From Candidatus Komeilibacteria bacterium RIFOXYD1_FULL_37_29 (GTDB lineage Bacteria > Patescibacteriota > Patescibacteriia > UBA1558 > GWA2-36-10): 64,000 nt of DNA. The notes below the pieces were generated by a model, which made no database searches, had not been told where the DNA came from, and worked only from the letters and a program-made list of their open reading frames with translations. The translations under genes were made by a program, and so were the position numbers. The stretch spans positions 84,657-148,656 of the forward strand of contig MHKS01000004.1 of the NCBI GenBank assembly GCA_001818495.1. The letters are read 5' to 3'. Of this stretch, positions 38,064 to 50,372 are shown in pieces; position 1 is the stretch's first letter, and each line of letters opens with the position of its first letter.

Positions 38064-39272
38064 ATGCCAATATATAAATATAGAGCCAGGACCAAAGACG
38101 GCCGCATTATCAAAGGAGCGGTTGAAGCAGTGATGGAAGATGATGCCCTAGACCTTTTAAGTGAAAAAGGTTTGATTATTGTAGATTTGTTGGAGACAAA
38201 ACAAAAGAAGGTTCGACGTTTTAATATTAATGTTGGTACAATTAAGCATAAAGATTTGGTAATTTTTTCCCGTCAGCTGTCAGTCATGATTTCAGCTACT
38301 GTGCCCATAGTGCAGGCCTTAAAAATTTTGGCTCAGCAGACTACCAATCCAATGTTTGTGGATAAAATAATAGAAATGTCCAATGATATTGACGGCGGTA
38401 TGCGGTTTTCTGGTGCTTTATCTAAGCATGATAAAATTTTCAGCAATTTCTATGTGGCCATGGTCAAAAGCGGTGAAACCTCTGGTAAATTGGATGAGAT
38501 ACTCCAATATTTAGCTGATCAGATGGAAAAGGATTATGACTTGGTATCACGCATCAAAGGCGCTATGATTTATCCCATTTTTATTATTTCCGGTATGGTG
38601 GTGGTCGGTTTTTTGATGATGACCTTTGTAGTACCGCAGATGGTAAAAATGCTGGAAGAAACGGGAGCGGAATTACCGTTTTTGACTAGACTTTTGGTTT
38701 CAGTCTCGAGTTTTATGAACCAGTATTGGTATTTGATAGTTTTGGGAGTAGTGGTCGCTATAGTAATTTTGCGTTGGTGGATAAAATCCAAGCCGGGTAA
38801 AGTAACTTGGGATGCTATAAAGATCAGAATACCAATTTTTGGAGGGTTATTTAAGAAAATTTATATAGTACGTTTTACTCGCTCTTTTGCCACCTTGATT
38901 AAAGGTGGTGTGCCGATTGCTTCAGCTTTGGCTATTACCGCCGAGGTGGTAGATAACCGCGCTTATGAAAAACTCATCTTAGAAACAGTAGATGAAGTAG
39001 AGGGGGGTAATTCGGTGGCTACTTTGTTTTCCAATTCAGACATCATGCCCAAGATGCTTTCTCAGATGATGGTCATTGGAGAAAAAACTGGTCGCTTGGA
39101 TGATGTTTTGGAGCGTTTGAGTAATTTTTATAGCCGCGAAATAGACAACTTGGTTGGCAGTTTGACTTCTTTGATTGAACCTTTGATTTTGATTGTCATG
39201 GGTGTAGGTGTCGGTGGTATGGTTGCGGCTATTATGTTGCCGATGTTTAAGGTAGCCCAGTCTATTGGTTAG
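38064..39272 (+). CDS. pilC: Type IV pilus platform protein PilC (GspF family)
   Basis: Two GspF repeats, three TM segments, 402 aa. Confidence 0.9.
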   Translation: MPIYKYRARTKDGRIIKGAVEAVMEDDALDLLSEKGLIIVDLLETKQKKVRRFNINVGTIKHKDLVIFSRQLSVMISATVPIVQALKILAQQTTNPMFVDKIIEMSNDIDGGMRFSGALSKHDKIFSNFYVAMVKSGETSGKLDEILQYLADQMEKDYDLVSRIKGAMIYPIFIISGMVVVGFLMMTFVVPQMVKMLEETGAELPFLTRLLVSVSSFMNQYWYLIVLGVVVAIVILRWWIKSKPGKVTWDAIKIRIPIFGGLFKKIYIVRFTRSFATLIKGGVPIASALAITAEVVDNRAYEKLILETVDEVEGGNSVATLFSNSDIMPKMLSQMMVIGEKTGRLDDVLERLSNFYSREIDNLVGSLTSLIEPLILIVMGVGVGGMVAAIMLPMFKVAQSIG

Positions 39273-39292
39273 TTTTATTAGTGGAAAAATTG

Positions 39293-39321
39293 TTGTTGAA
39301 AAATTAAAAAAATGGTATAAT
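39293..39321 (+). promoter_or_regulatory. pilA promoter TTGTTG-17-TGgTATAAT (extended -10) with ~140 nt leader
   Basis: Read directly from the sequence. The RBS GAGAGGAGG precedes the pilA ATG. Confidence 0.4.
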
Positions 39322-39463
39322 GAAAATGTTCTTTATTTTTTAATAATACATTAAATAATTAATAAGGCTTTGGCATATTCTACTGTGGCTATTAAAACCT
39401 CAGGGATCTCAGGCTTTAATTAGCCGATAGAATTGCTAAAGTGAGAGGAGGTGAAAAGAAAAA

Positions 39464-39925
39464 ATGAAAAATAAAAAAGGTTTTACTTTAGTTGAGCTAT
39501 TGGTAGTTATTGCCATCATTGGTATATTGTCTACAGTAGCTATAGTAAACTTAAATTCCGCTCGTGATAAAGCTAGAGCAGCCAGTGTGCAGTCTGCCAT
39601 GAGTCAATTAACTAGTGCCGCCATACTTTGTCATGATGACCTTCAAAATTTAACTGAAAATGGTGCTCTCGTAGCGCCGGTAGTTTGTACTGGTGCCGCT
39701 GGTGATCAGCCAGTAGAGAATACTACAGTTTGTGAGCAGGATTATACTGACGCAACTTGGCCAGACCTTCCAGTTGGTTGGATTTATGAGGACAATTGTG
39801 CTTCTGATTATACAGCTAGCACTTGGTCCTTTACTGCTTGTGAAGGTACCCTTGTAACTTGTACGGCTGGTGGTAGAACAGTTACCTGTTCTAATACCGG
39901 ATGTACATCTGGAATTACTCCTTAA
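39464..39925 (+). CDS. pilA: Major type IV pilin (class III signal peptide)
   Basis: MKNKKG|FTLVELLVVIAIIGIL with Glu at +5 and a C-terminal Cys-rich globular part. Strong promoter, RBS and terminator. Confidence 0.85.
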   Translation: MKNKKGFTLVELLVVIAIIGILSTVAIVNLNSARDKARAASVQSAMSQLTSAAILCHDDLQNLTENGALVAPVVCTGAAGDQPVENTTVCEQDYTDATWPDLPVGWIYEDNCASDYTASTWSFTACEGTLVTCTAGGRTVTCSNTGCTSGITP

Positions 39926-39952
39926 TGCTTAACTCAATTTTAATTTAAAAAG

Positions 39953-39974
39953 CCCTCTGGTAGGGGGTTTTTTA
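39953..39974 (+). terminator. Intrinsic terminator after pilA
   Basis: CCCTC/GGGGG stem with a T run. Confidence 0.5.
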
Positions 39975-40008
39975 AATTTGTGTTATAATTTAATTAGCTT
40001 AAAAATCA

Positions 40009-40446
40009 ATGTTTAATTATTCTATCAAAATAAAGATATTTTTAATTGGTCTACTCATCATATCCATAGTAGTTTTGATTTTTTTGATTAGTATAAATAA
40101 AAGTCGGGGACGCGACCTTTATCGAGTTTCTCAGGCCAAAGTTTTGGCCACCAGCTTGGAGCGCTATTTTGACAAAAATTATGCTTATCCAGAGCTGGTC
40201 CAAACCAATATCACAGCTATTAAGATAGTGACAGAAAAAGGAGTCAATCAAGTCGGCGACTATCTCTATTTTCAAGGTCCGGCCAAGCTGTTAGAGGAAG
40301 GCACTTTAGTCAGCTCTCCTAGTCGTTATGTTATTGAGTTTACTCTAGAAAATTCTTGGGATTTATGGGGTATTAGCAGCAGTGCTGGAGGGACTTGTCG
40401 TATTTCCAACTATTTACAAATGGTTTGTCGTTCCCAGGATTCCTAA
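40009..40446 (+). CDS. Hypothetical membrane-anchored protein
   Basis: N-terminal TM and no prepilin cleavage motif. Confidence 0.4.
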   Translation: MFNYSIKIKIFLIGLLIISIVVLIFLISINKSRGRDLYRVSQAKVLATSLERYFDKNYAYPELVQTNITAIKIVTEKGVNQVGDYLYFQGPAKLLEEGTLVSSPSRYVIEFTLENSWDLWGISSSAGGTCRISNYLQMVCRSQDS

Positions 40447-40486
40447 ATAGCCAAATTATCTTAAAATATGCTATAATAAAGCTACT

Positions 40487-41266
40487 ATGACAGTAGCTTT
40501 TGTCTTTATTTTGGGACTTTTTATTGGTAGCTTCTTAAATGTAGTGATTTTACGGTTGCGACGACAAGAATCTTTTATCAAAGGGTCATCTAAATGCCTT
40601 TTTTGTCAGCATCGCTTATATCCCAAAGATCTCATACCATTATTTAGCTATTTGTTTTTAAAAGGGCGGTGTCGTTATTGTCAAAAAAGATTTTCCCATC
40701 AATATCCGTTAGTAGAATTTTTTACTGGTTTCTCTTTTGTTTTAATTTTTCAAAAAATAGTACCGAGTGCTGATTGGAATTTGATTTCTTCTTTACAGGT
40801 TTTACATTTATTGGATTGGTGGGTTATTGTTTCTTTTTTGGTTATTATTTTTGTTTACGACTTCAAATATTATTTGATATTGGATAGAGTGGTTTGGCCG
40901 ATTATTATTTTGTCATTTTTGGTCAATTTGTTTTTAGGTTTTTCTATCTTTAATCTGGTTTTTGCCGCAGTGATTGGCGGAGGATTTTTTTTCCTGCAAT
41001 TTATAGTCTCAAAGGGTCGTTGGATTGGTGGTGGGGACATACGTTTGGGACTACTAATGGGGGTTATTTTGGGCTGGCCACATGTTTTGACCGCTTTATT
41101 TATTTCCTATGTTTTGGGTAGTGCGGTTGGTGTGTCTTTATTGTGGAGCAAACGTAAGGATTGGGGCGACAAAATACCCTTTGGCACATTTTTGACCATT
41201 GGCACTTTTATGACTATGCTCTGGGGGCCTGCTTTGGTTAAGTGGTATTTGTCTTTATTTTATTAA
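40487..41266 (+). CDS. pilD: Prepilin peptidase PilD (A24 family)
   Basis: N-terminal CxxC...CxxC zinc motif (CLFCQH...CRYCQ) and a polytopic membrane domain. Confidence 0.85.
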   Translation: MTVAFVFILGLFIGSFLNVVILRLRRQESFIKGSSKCLFCQHRLYPKDLIPLFSYLFLKGRCRYCQKRFSHQYPLVEFFTGFSFVLIFQKIVPSADWNLISSLQVLHLLDWWVIVSFLVIIFVYDFKYYLILDRVVWPIIILSFLVNLFLGFSIFNLVFAAVIGGGFFFLQFIVSKGRWIGGGDIRLGLLMGVILGWPHVLTALFISYVLGSAVGVSLLWSKRKDWGDKIPFGTFLTIGTFMTMLWGPALVKWYLSLFY

Positions 41267-41297
41267 ATATATTATTAATTATTATTAATCTAAACAT

Positions 41298-42509
41298 ATG
41301 TTTAAAAAGATTTTTTACAACAAGGGCGGCTTTACTTTTTTGGAGCTGATGATAGTCATTGCCGTTACGGTGATTATCACTTCGGTGTTTGTGGTGAGCA
41401 CCAGAGAAACGGTTAGAGATCAAGTAGACACTTCTACCAATCAATTGCTCTCTGATATTCGTTATGCTAGAGGGCTGGCCACCTCTCGAGTGACTTATAA
41501 TTTTGGTGGTGCCCTTGGTACTGTTTATCCGCCCGGGGGCTATGGTGTACATTTTACGGACGGAGATTATAGGTATACTGTCTTTGCCGACAATGGTTCT
41601 GGTGGTGGTTTTAGCCTGCTGGCTGGAGATAAGATTATTAAAACCGGTACCCTAAAAAATACCTCTTTGGATTTGGAAGATTATAATCAAACTGTCGCTC
41701 TTGCCAAATATTTTACTTTTCAGGCAGAAAATGAAGTAGTAACCAATTTCGTCTCTGATAGTCAGGGTAAATACAAAATGTCCGTTACGTATAACCCAGG
41801 AACGGGCGGAGAGGGCTATCGTGGTATCATTACCTTGGGCGAGCAAGCGGCTGATGGTAGTGTTTTTGTCAGTTTAGGGATTGGCTCTATTGGTTATACT
41901 CCAACTTGTAGTACTCAAAATCAGGCCTGTGACGGTTCTCAACCTTGTTGTTTTGGTCAAGGGACTTGTACCGCTAGTATTTGTACAATACCGCCAACCA
42001 ATCCACCTCAAACCAGCTGTTTTCCAGCCGGAACAACAGTACTAATGGCTGATTATTCTTATAAAAATATTGAAAGTATTCAGGTTGGTGATTATGTTGT
42101 TAGCTACGATGAAGTTTCACAAAAAGAAGTAGCCGCTAAAGTTTTAGAGCTGGCTTCTCCAGTCAGAGAGCATATGTGTGAACTTATTTTTGTTGATGCT
42201 AGTTTAAAACTAACTGATGAACACCCAGTCTATACTCAAGCTGGTTGGAAATCTATCAATCCAGAAAAAACTATTGCGGAAAATGATGAAGTAGTAGTGA
42301 CTCAACTTACTTTAGGAGATCAGATTTTCTTTAGAGAGGCTGTTTATAAGGAGTTGATCAAAATTAATTGTTGGCAGGAAGAGATCCAGACTTATAATTT
42401 GAAAGAAGTAGAAAATTATAATACCTTTTTTGCTGACGATGTTTTGGTCCACAATGCTTCAGCTCCTAGCTGCGGTGGTAGCACAGATCCAGTCGGGGGT
42501 ATTTTTTAA
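41298..42509 (+). CDS. Pilin-like protein (class III signal peptide) with Cys-rich linker and C-terminal Hint / bacterial intein-like domain
   Basis: The leader is MFKKIFYNKGG|FTFLELMIVIAV with Glu at +5. The residues ~241-386 region is described under the separate feature 42018..42455. Confidence 0.7.
   Translation: MFKKIFYNKGGFTFLELMIVIAVTVIITSVFVVSTRETVRDQVDTSTNQLLSDIRYARGLATSRVTYNFGGALGTVYPPGGYGVHFTDGDYRYTVFADNGSGGGFSLLAGDKIIKTGTLKNTSLDLEDYNQTVALAKYFTFQAENEVVTNFVSDSQGKYKMSVTYNPGTGGEGYRGIITLGEQAADGSVFVSLGIGSIGYTPTCSTQNQACDGSQPCCFGQGTCTASICTIPPTNPPQTSCFPAGTTVLMADYSYKNIESIQVGDYVVSYDEVSQKEVAAKVLELASPVREHMCELIFVDASLKLTDEHPVYTQAGWKSINPEKTIAENDEVVVTQLTLGDQIFFREAVYKELIKINCWQEEIQTYNLKEVENYNTFFADDVLVHNASAPSCGGSTDPVGGIF
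42018..42455 (+). other. Hint / BIL (bacterial intein-like) domain within the pilin-like gene
   Basis: Codon TGT at 42018 encodes the first Cys and AAT at 42453 the terminal Asn. Block A reads C-FPAGTTVLMADYS, block B reads TDEHPVYT, and block G reads NTFFADDVLVHN. The domain is 146 aa and contains no homing-endonuclease insert. The +1 residue is Ala, not C/S/T, so canonical splicing is unlikely and a BIL-type or cleaving Hint is more likely. Confidence 0.6.
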
Positions 42510-42528
42510 GCTTTTTTAACAATTTTTT

Positions 42529-43233
42529 GTGCTAGCTACTAAAGACAATATAAAATTTACCCCTCGCTACTTGGCTCGACCAAGTAGCGAGGGGTTTACT
42601 TTGATAGAAACTTTGATATCTATTGTTGTTTTTACCATTGGAATTTTTGCCGCTTTGGGGCTATCCGTTTCCAATTATAATGATTCGCAAAATAATTTGG
42701 ACAGGATTATTGCTACTAATTTAGCTAGAGAAGGCGTAGAATTGGTTAAAAATGTTCGAGATAGCAATTGGTTAAAAATAGAGGCCAATGATACAGCTGG
42801 TTGTGGTGGCAGTTCTTGTACCTGGAATTATGCGTTAAATGGCCTGACTGATTATGTGGTCATGAGTTATGCTTCTACTACACCAAATTTTTTACCAGCT
42901 TGCGCACTTGGTATTGTAGAGTGTATCAAAAATAATGCCAGCACTCAATTGTCTATCAATGCCACAAATTATTATGTCCACGGCAATAACAATACCACTA
43001 AATATTCTCGGGCTATAAAATTAGAAAAAATATGTTTGGAATCAGAAGGTGAAATTCCCATAAATTCTCCGAATCCGCAAAATTTTGAATACCTCAGGAG
43101 TATGAGTCAAGATTGCAATGTCAGTGTCGGCGATACGCAGATTGGCCTCAAATTGACAGCGCATGTCCAATGGGAAGATGGTAGCACCAAATATATTGAA
43201 ATAGTAGACTCAATTTATAATTGGCGAAGATGA
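42529..43233 (+). CDS. Minor pilin / pseudopilin (class III signal)
   Basis: ...SSEG|FTLIETLISIVVFTIGIF with Glu at +5. The ORF-track GTG start gives a 22-aa leader; a TTG at 42571 would give a typical 8-aa leader. Confidence 0.6.
   Translation: MLATKDNIKFTPRYLARPSSEGFTLIETLISIVVFTIGIFAALGLSVSNYNDSQNNLDRIIATNLAREGVELVKNVRDSNWLKIEANDTAGCGGSSCTWNYALNGLTDYVVMSYASTTPNFLPACALGIVECIKNNASTQLSINATNYYVHGNNNTTKYSRAIKLEKICLESEGEIPINSPNPQNFEYLRSMSQDCNVSVGDTQIGLKLTAHVQWEDGSTKYIEIVDSIYNWRR
42559..42595 (+). promoter_or_regulatory. Perfect 16-bp hairpin (ACCCCTCGCTACTTGG-ctcga-CCAAGTAGCGAGGGGT) overlapping the start of the next pilin gene
   Basis: Read directly from the sequence. It is followed by a T-rich stretch. 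It encodes the leader peptide residues of the 42529 gene and contains an alternative TTG start (42571). Confidence 0.5.
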
Positions 43234-43889
43234 TATTTAAGCAATTGATAAAAAATAAACAGGGTTTTACTTTGGTCGAGCTTTTACTAGCCACCTTTAT
43301 TTTTACTTTGATGGTTTTTGCTGTATCGGGAGTCTATATTGCTTTTAATAAGAGCCAAATTCGAACCAATTCTAGTCAGCAATTATTAAATGATAGTCAA
43401 TACGCTTTAGAAGTTATTGCCAAAGAGATTAGAAACAACACTATTATAGATTATTCACCAACTACTGTTGACTGTGGTGCTTTAATTAAGACTGGCACTG
43501 GTACTGATAATTTTGATCAGTGTATTATTTTGGAAAGATCCAATGGCCAAACGGTAGCTTTTGCTCGACATAGCTTTATAGCTACTCCGGGCAGTTTAAG
43601 GTTATATTATCTTTTATTAGATTGTGATCAATTTTATTCATCTTGTACCAACATTAACATTAATTCATCAGCCGCTACAGCTATTTTGTCCCCGGAGGTT
43701 AACAATATAAATTTATCAGCTTTAAATTTTAATATTTTACCCAGCACCAATCCTTATATCACTGGTGGACCAAATCAGCAACCCCGAGTGACTATTAATA
43801 TGAACACAGCCTATATCAGCGCTGATCCGGTAAAAAATGTAGATCATACTTTTCAAACCACTGTGTCTTCACGAGTGTATAAGCGTTAG
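43221..43889 (+). CDS. Minor pilin / pseudopilin (class III signal)
   Basis: MAKMIFKQLIKNKQG|FTLVELLLATFIF with Glu at +5. Overlaps the previous gene by 13 nt. Confidence 0.7.
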   Translation: MAKMIFKQLIKNKQGFTLVELLLATFIFTLMVFAVSGVYIAFNKSQIRTNSSQQLLNDSQYALEVIAKEIRNNTIIDYSPTTVDCGALIKTGTGTDNFDQCIILERSNGQTVAFARHSFIATPGSLRLYYLLLDCDQFYSSCTNININSSAATAILSPEVNNINLSALNFNILPSTNPYITGGPNQQPRVTINMNTAYISADPVKNVDHTFQTTVSSRVYKR

Positions 43890-43914
43890 GATTTGACGAT
43901 TACCAAGGAATCAT

Positions 43915-46816
<2,902 letters not shown>

Positions 46817-46863
46817 TATAAATTGTTGCGTAATATTCCGATATTAGTTAAAATTAGTTTAAT

Positions 46864-47151
46864 ATGAAGTTTGATAAAAAAGAGGTACTACATTTGGCCA
46901 AATTAGCCAAATTGAATATCAAAGATGAAGAAGTGGAATCTTACAATCATGAGTTGCAAGCTATTTTAAATTATATAGAAAATATCAATAGTTTAAATTT
47001 GGATCAAGTTACAGAAAGTCTTCGTGGTATTGAAGGAGAGGGCGTTGGTCCTAGACCAGATAGCATTTCTCCATCTACTCCGCAGATTATTGGAGACGCT
47101 GGCCAAAAGGATGGTCAATATGTGGCCACACCGCAGGTTTTTAATAAATAA
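46864..47151 (+). CDS. gatC: Asp/Glu-tRNA amidotransferase subunit C
   Basis: 95 aa with the GatC pattern VLHLAKLAKLNIKDEE...NYI. Confidence 0.8.
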   Translation: MKFDKKEVLHLAKLAKLNIKDEEVESYNHELQAILNYIENINSLNLDQVTESLRGIEGEGVGPRPDSISPSTPQIIGDAGQKDGQYVATPQVFNK

Positions 47152-47170
47152 TTTTTTAAATTCAGACTAG

Positions 47171-48601
47171 ATGTCGAAGATTGATTTGGAAAAATTAAAT
47201 ATTGAGGAAATTCATCAGGCTCTTAGTAAAAAGATTTTTAGTAGTGAAGAGTTGACCAAAAAATACTTAGCGCGCATTAAGCAGGATGATACCAATGCTT
47301 TTATCAGTCTCAATGAAAATGCTCTAGACGAGGCTAAGGCCGCTGACCAGAAAATAAAATCCGGTCAGGCCGGCGTGTTGGTCGGAGTGCCACTAGCGGT
47401 CAAAGATGTTATTTTAGTGGCCGGTCAAAAAGCGACCGCCGCTTCGAAAATTTTGGAAAATTATACAGCCAGTTATACGGCTACGGCTGTGGCCAGACTA
47501 AAAGCAGCTGGTATGGTAATTTTGGGAAAGACCAATTGTGATGAATTTGCTATGGGCTCTTCCAATGAAAATTCTTATTTTGGTCCAGTTTTAAATCCTC
47601 ACGATAAAAGCCGTGTGCCGGGCGGTTCTTCTGGTGGCTCAGCCGTAGCCGTAGCCGCCAATTTGGCCCCAGTTTCTTTGGGCACTGATACCGGTGGATC
47701 AATTAGACAACCAGCAGCATTTTGTGGGGTAGTGGGCTTAAAACCTAGTTATGGTAGAGTTTCTAGATATGGGGCTATAGCCATGGCCTCTTCCTTAGAT
47801 CAAATCGGACCCTTGGCTAAAACGGTTAAGGACACAGCTTATCTTTTGCATCAGATGGCTGGTTTTGACAAGTATGATGCCACTAGTTCCACTGAGCCGG
47901 TTGCCGATTATCTTAAAGATATAGATAAAGATGTTAAAAAAATACGTTTGGGTATTCCGGAAGAATATTTTTTAAGTGGTATTGATCCAGCAGTTAGGCA
48001 AGCTGTTGAAGGTAAAATAAATTTTTTGGAAAAAGCTGGCTTTAAAATAAAAGCAGTTAAACTTCCGTATACAGAGTATGGGTTGGCTGCTTACTATCTT
48101 TTGATGCCAGCAGAAGTTAGCTCCAATTTGGCTCGTTACGATGGTATTTTATATGGGATGTCTCCAGACAAAAATTTGAGTCTGGATGATTGGTATAAAA
48201 GTGTTCGTAGTCAGGGATTTGGTAGTGAAACAAAACGTCGTATTATATTGGGTACATATATTTTATCCGCCGGCTACTTCGATGCTTATTATAAAAAAGC
48301 TCAGAAATTGCGCAGCTTGATTAAAAATGATTTTGCTAATGTTTTTAAACAAGTTGATGCTTTGTTGACGCCGGTGACGCCGACTACTGCTTTTAAAATC
48401 GGGGAAAAATCCAAAGATCCATTGTCTATGTATTTGTCTGATATATTTACGGTTGGCGCCAACATTGCGGGAATTTGTGGTTTGTCTTTGCCGATTGGTC
48501 AGGATAAAAATAATTTGCCGATTGGTTTACAAATATTAGCCAAGCCGTTTGCCGAGGATATTTTATTTAAATTGGGTTATTATATAGAAAATAATTACTA
48601 A
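47171..48601 (+). CDS. gatA: Asp/Glu-tRNA amidotransferase subunit A (amidase)
   Basis: Amidase signature GGSSGGSAVAVAA and the Ser-cisSer-Lys triad context. Confidence 0.9.
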   Translation: MSKIDLEKLNIEEIHQALSKKIFSSEELTKKYLARIKQDDTNAFISLNENALDEAKAADQKIKSGQAGVLVGVPLAVKDVILVAGQKATAASKILENYTASYTATAVARLKAAGMVILGKTNCDEFAMGSSNENSYFGPVLNPHDKSRVPGGSSGGSAVAVAANLAPVSLGTDTGGSIRQPAAFCGVVGLKPSYGRVSRYGAIAMASSLDQIGPLAKTVKDTAYLLHQMAGFDKYDATSSTEPVADYLKDIDKDVKKIRLGIPEEYFLSGIDPAVRQAVEGKINFLEKAGFKIKAVKLPYTEYGLAAYYLLMPAEVSSNLARYDGILYGMSPDKNLSLDDWYKSVRSQGFGSETKRRIILGTYILSAGYFDAYYKKAQKLRSLIKNDFANVFKQVDALLTPVTPTTAFKIGEKSKDPLSMYLSDIFTVGANIAGICGLSLPIGQDKNNLPIGLQILAKPFAEDILFKLGYYIENNY

Positions 48602-48620
48602 GTTATTTATAAGTAAATAT

Positions 48621-49391
48621 ATGGGTGTAGACAATAAAATAAAAGAGAGAGTGTCGGATGCTGTAGTTAGAAGTTATTATAAACCTTGGTATAAGAGAGT
48701 TTCCGGTCGGATATTTTTGGCTATCATGGCGGTAGTTGTTATTTCATCTTTGTATTTTGGAATAAAGGTAGCAATTGGTTACTTCCATGTACAAAAAGGA
48801 GAAAGTTACTATGAGGAGCTTAATATGTGGTTGACTCTGCCTCAGCAGGAAGCCAATCAAAAATTAGCGGCTGATATTATGACCGATGATGACCCGTGGT
48901 TGGGGGCTGAGAATCCGATTATTAGTATTGTGGCTTTTGAATCTTTTTCTTGTCCGTTTTGTCAGGCCGATCAAGCCAATATTAAACGGGTAATAGAAAA
49001 GTTTGGTTCTTTAGTTCGTTTTACCAGTAAAGATTTTACCACCGAAAACATTCATCCCGGAGTCTTTGAGGCCCACTTAGCTGCTTCTTGTGCTAATGAA
49101 CAAGAGGTTTATTGGGATTATCGGGATATTTTATATGATAATCAAGAATCTTTTGATAAAAAGAGTTTAAAGCTTTTTGCCAAAAATTTGGGTATTAACA
49201 TTTTCCAATTTGATAAGTGTTTGGATGAGGAAAAATATGGCAATGAAATCAGACAAGATAAAGCCGAGGGTGTAGATCTAGAAGTAGAAGGGACGCCTAC
49301 TTATATAGTCAATGGCAATATTATACCTGGTGGCATATCTTATGAAATGTGGGAAGAGATCATCGGTTATATTTTAAAAGGAGAATTATAA
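48621..49391 (+). CDS. Membrane-anchored thiol:disulfide oxidoreductase (DsbA/BdbD-like)
   Basis: N-terminal TM and a thioredoxin fold with the active site FSCPFCQ. Confidence 0.7.
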   Translation: MGVDNKIKERVSDAVVRSYYKPWYKRVSGRIFLAIMAVVVISSLYFGIKVAIGYFHVQKGESYYEELNMWLTLPQQEANQKLAADIMTDDDPWLGAENPIISIVAFESFSCPFCQADQANIKRVIEKFGSLVRFTSKDFTTENIHPGVFEAHLAASCANEQEVYWDYRDILYDNQESFDKKSLKLFAKNLGINIFQFDKCLDEEKYGNEIRQDKAEGVDLEVEGTPTYIVNGNIIPGGISYEMWEEIIGYILKGEL

Positions 49392-49394
49392 TTT

Positions 49395-50207
49395 ATGTTT
49401 TGGCAGGAGTATTTGCCACAACCCATACTTTTTTCTTTCGGCCCGCTGATTATACATTGGTATGGGCTGATTTTGGTATTAGCGATTTTGGTGTCAGCTG
49501 GTTTGGCTAGGAGATATTTTTTAAAGAAGGGGATTATTAGTAGTAGCCAATTTGAAGATTTGGTTTTTTATGTCATCATTTTTGGTTTGCTCGGAGCGAG
49601 ATTTGGCCATGTGGTATTTTTTAACTTAGCCTATTATTTACAAAATCCGCTAGATGTTTTCAAAGTTTGGCAGGGAGGCCTGGCTATCCAAGGAGCTTTA
49701 CTTTTCGGATTTTTGACATTACTTATTTGGTCTTATAAAAAAAAGATAAATTTTTGGAAACTGGCTGATGGATTAGCTCTAGCAGTGCCATTGGGTCAGG
49801 CGATTGGTCGTTGGGGTAATTATTTCAATCAGGAACTATTTGGTCGTCCGACTAGTGGCTGGTGGGGGATACCCATTGCTCCTTTCAATAGAGTAGCTGG
49901 CTACGGGGCCTTTTCTCATTTTCACCCGATATTTTTTTATGAATCTTTTCTTAGTTTTATTTTATTTATTATTTTGTATAGGCTAGCCTTTAAGTCTAGT
50001 CTTAAGTTGGGGCAAATAACTTTATTTTATTTTTTGGGTTATGGCTTGATTAGATTTTTTGTAGAATTTTTTCGCATTGATGATACTTTTATGCTTGGTG
50101 GTGTGCGGATAGCTCAGATTATTGCTTGGCTACTTATTCTTGCTGTCTATTATGTTTATAAATTCCACAAAAATTATAAAATTATTAGTACTGATAAAAC
50201 CCCCTAA
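49395..50207 (+). CDS. lgt: Prolipoprotein diacylglyceryl transferase
   Basis: Polytopic membrane protein with N-terminus ...HWYGLILVLAILV and a GxRxGH-type signature (GARFGHVVFF). Confidence 0.75.
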   Translation: MFWQEYLPQPILFSFGPLIIHWYGLILVLAILVSAGLARRYFLKKGIISSSQFEDLVFYVIIFGLLGARFGHVVFFNLAYYLQNPLDVFKVWQGGLAIQGALLFGFLTLLIWSYKKKINFWKLADGLALAVPLGQAIGRWGNYFNQELFGRPTSGWWGIPIAPFNRVAGYGAFSHFHPIFFYESFLSFILFIILYRLAFKSSLKLGQITLFYFLGYGLIRFFVEFFRIDDTFMLGGVRIAQIIAWLLILAVYYVYKFHKNYKIISTDKTP

Positions 50208-50251
50208 AGGCTTGCTAAAATATTGAAAATAGGGTATTATACTTTTGTTTT

Positions 50252-50282
50252 ATAAATTACGGGGTCGTAGTTCAGCTGGTTA
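50252..50282 (+). repeat. Partial 5' copy (31 nt: 9 nt of flank plus the first 22 nt) of the downstream tRNA-Asp gene
   Basis: Exact direct repeat of 50364..50394, followed by a G+C-rich hairpin CCCGCC...GGCGGG. Confidence 0.7.
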
Positions 50283-50372
50283 CCTGCCCGCCTTCGCGAG
50301 CATCGCTCGGGATCAGGCGGGGAACGTATTATAAAACAGGTTTTGGTAGAAAGTATATTAAAAATAAATTAC

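Noticed and set aside
42018-42455. Canonical self-splicing intein
   Set aside because: The residue after the terminal His-Asn is Ala, not Cys/Ser/Thr, and the C-extein is only 17 aa. A BIL-type or Hedgehog-type Hint domain (cleavage or transfer, not splicing) fits better.
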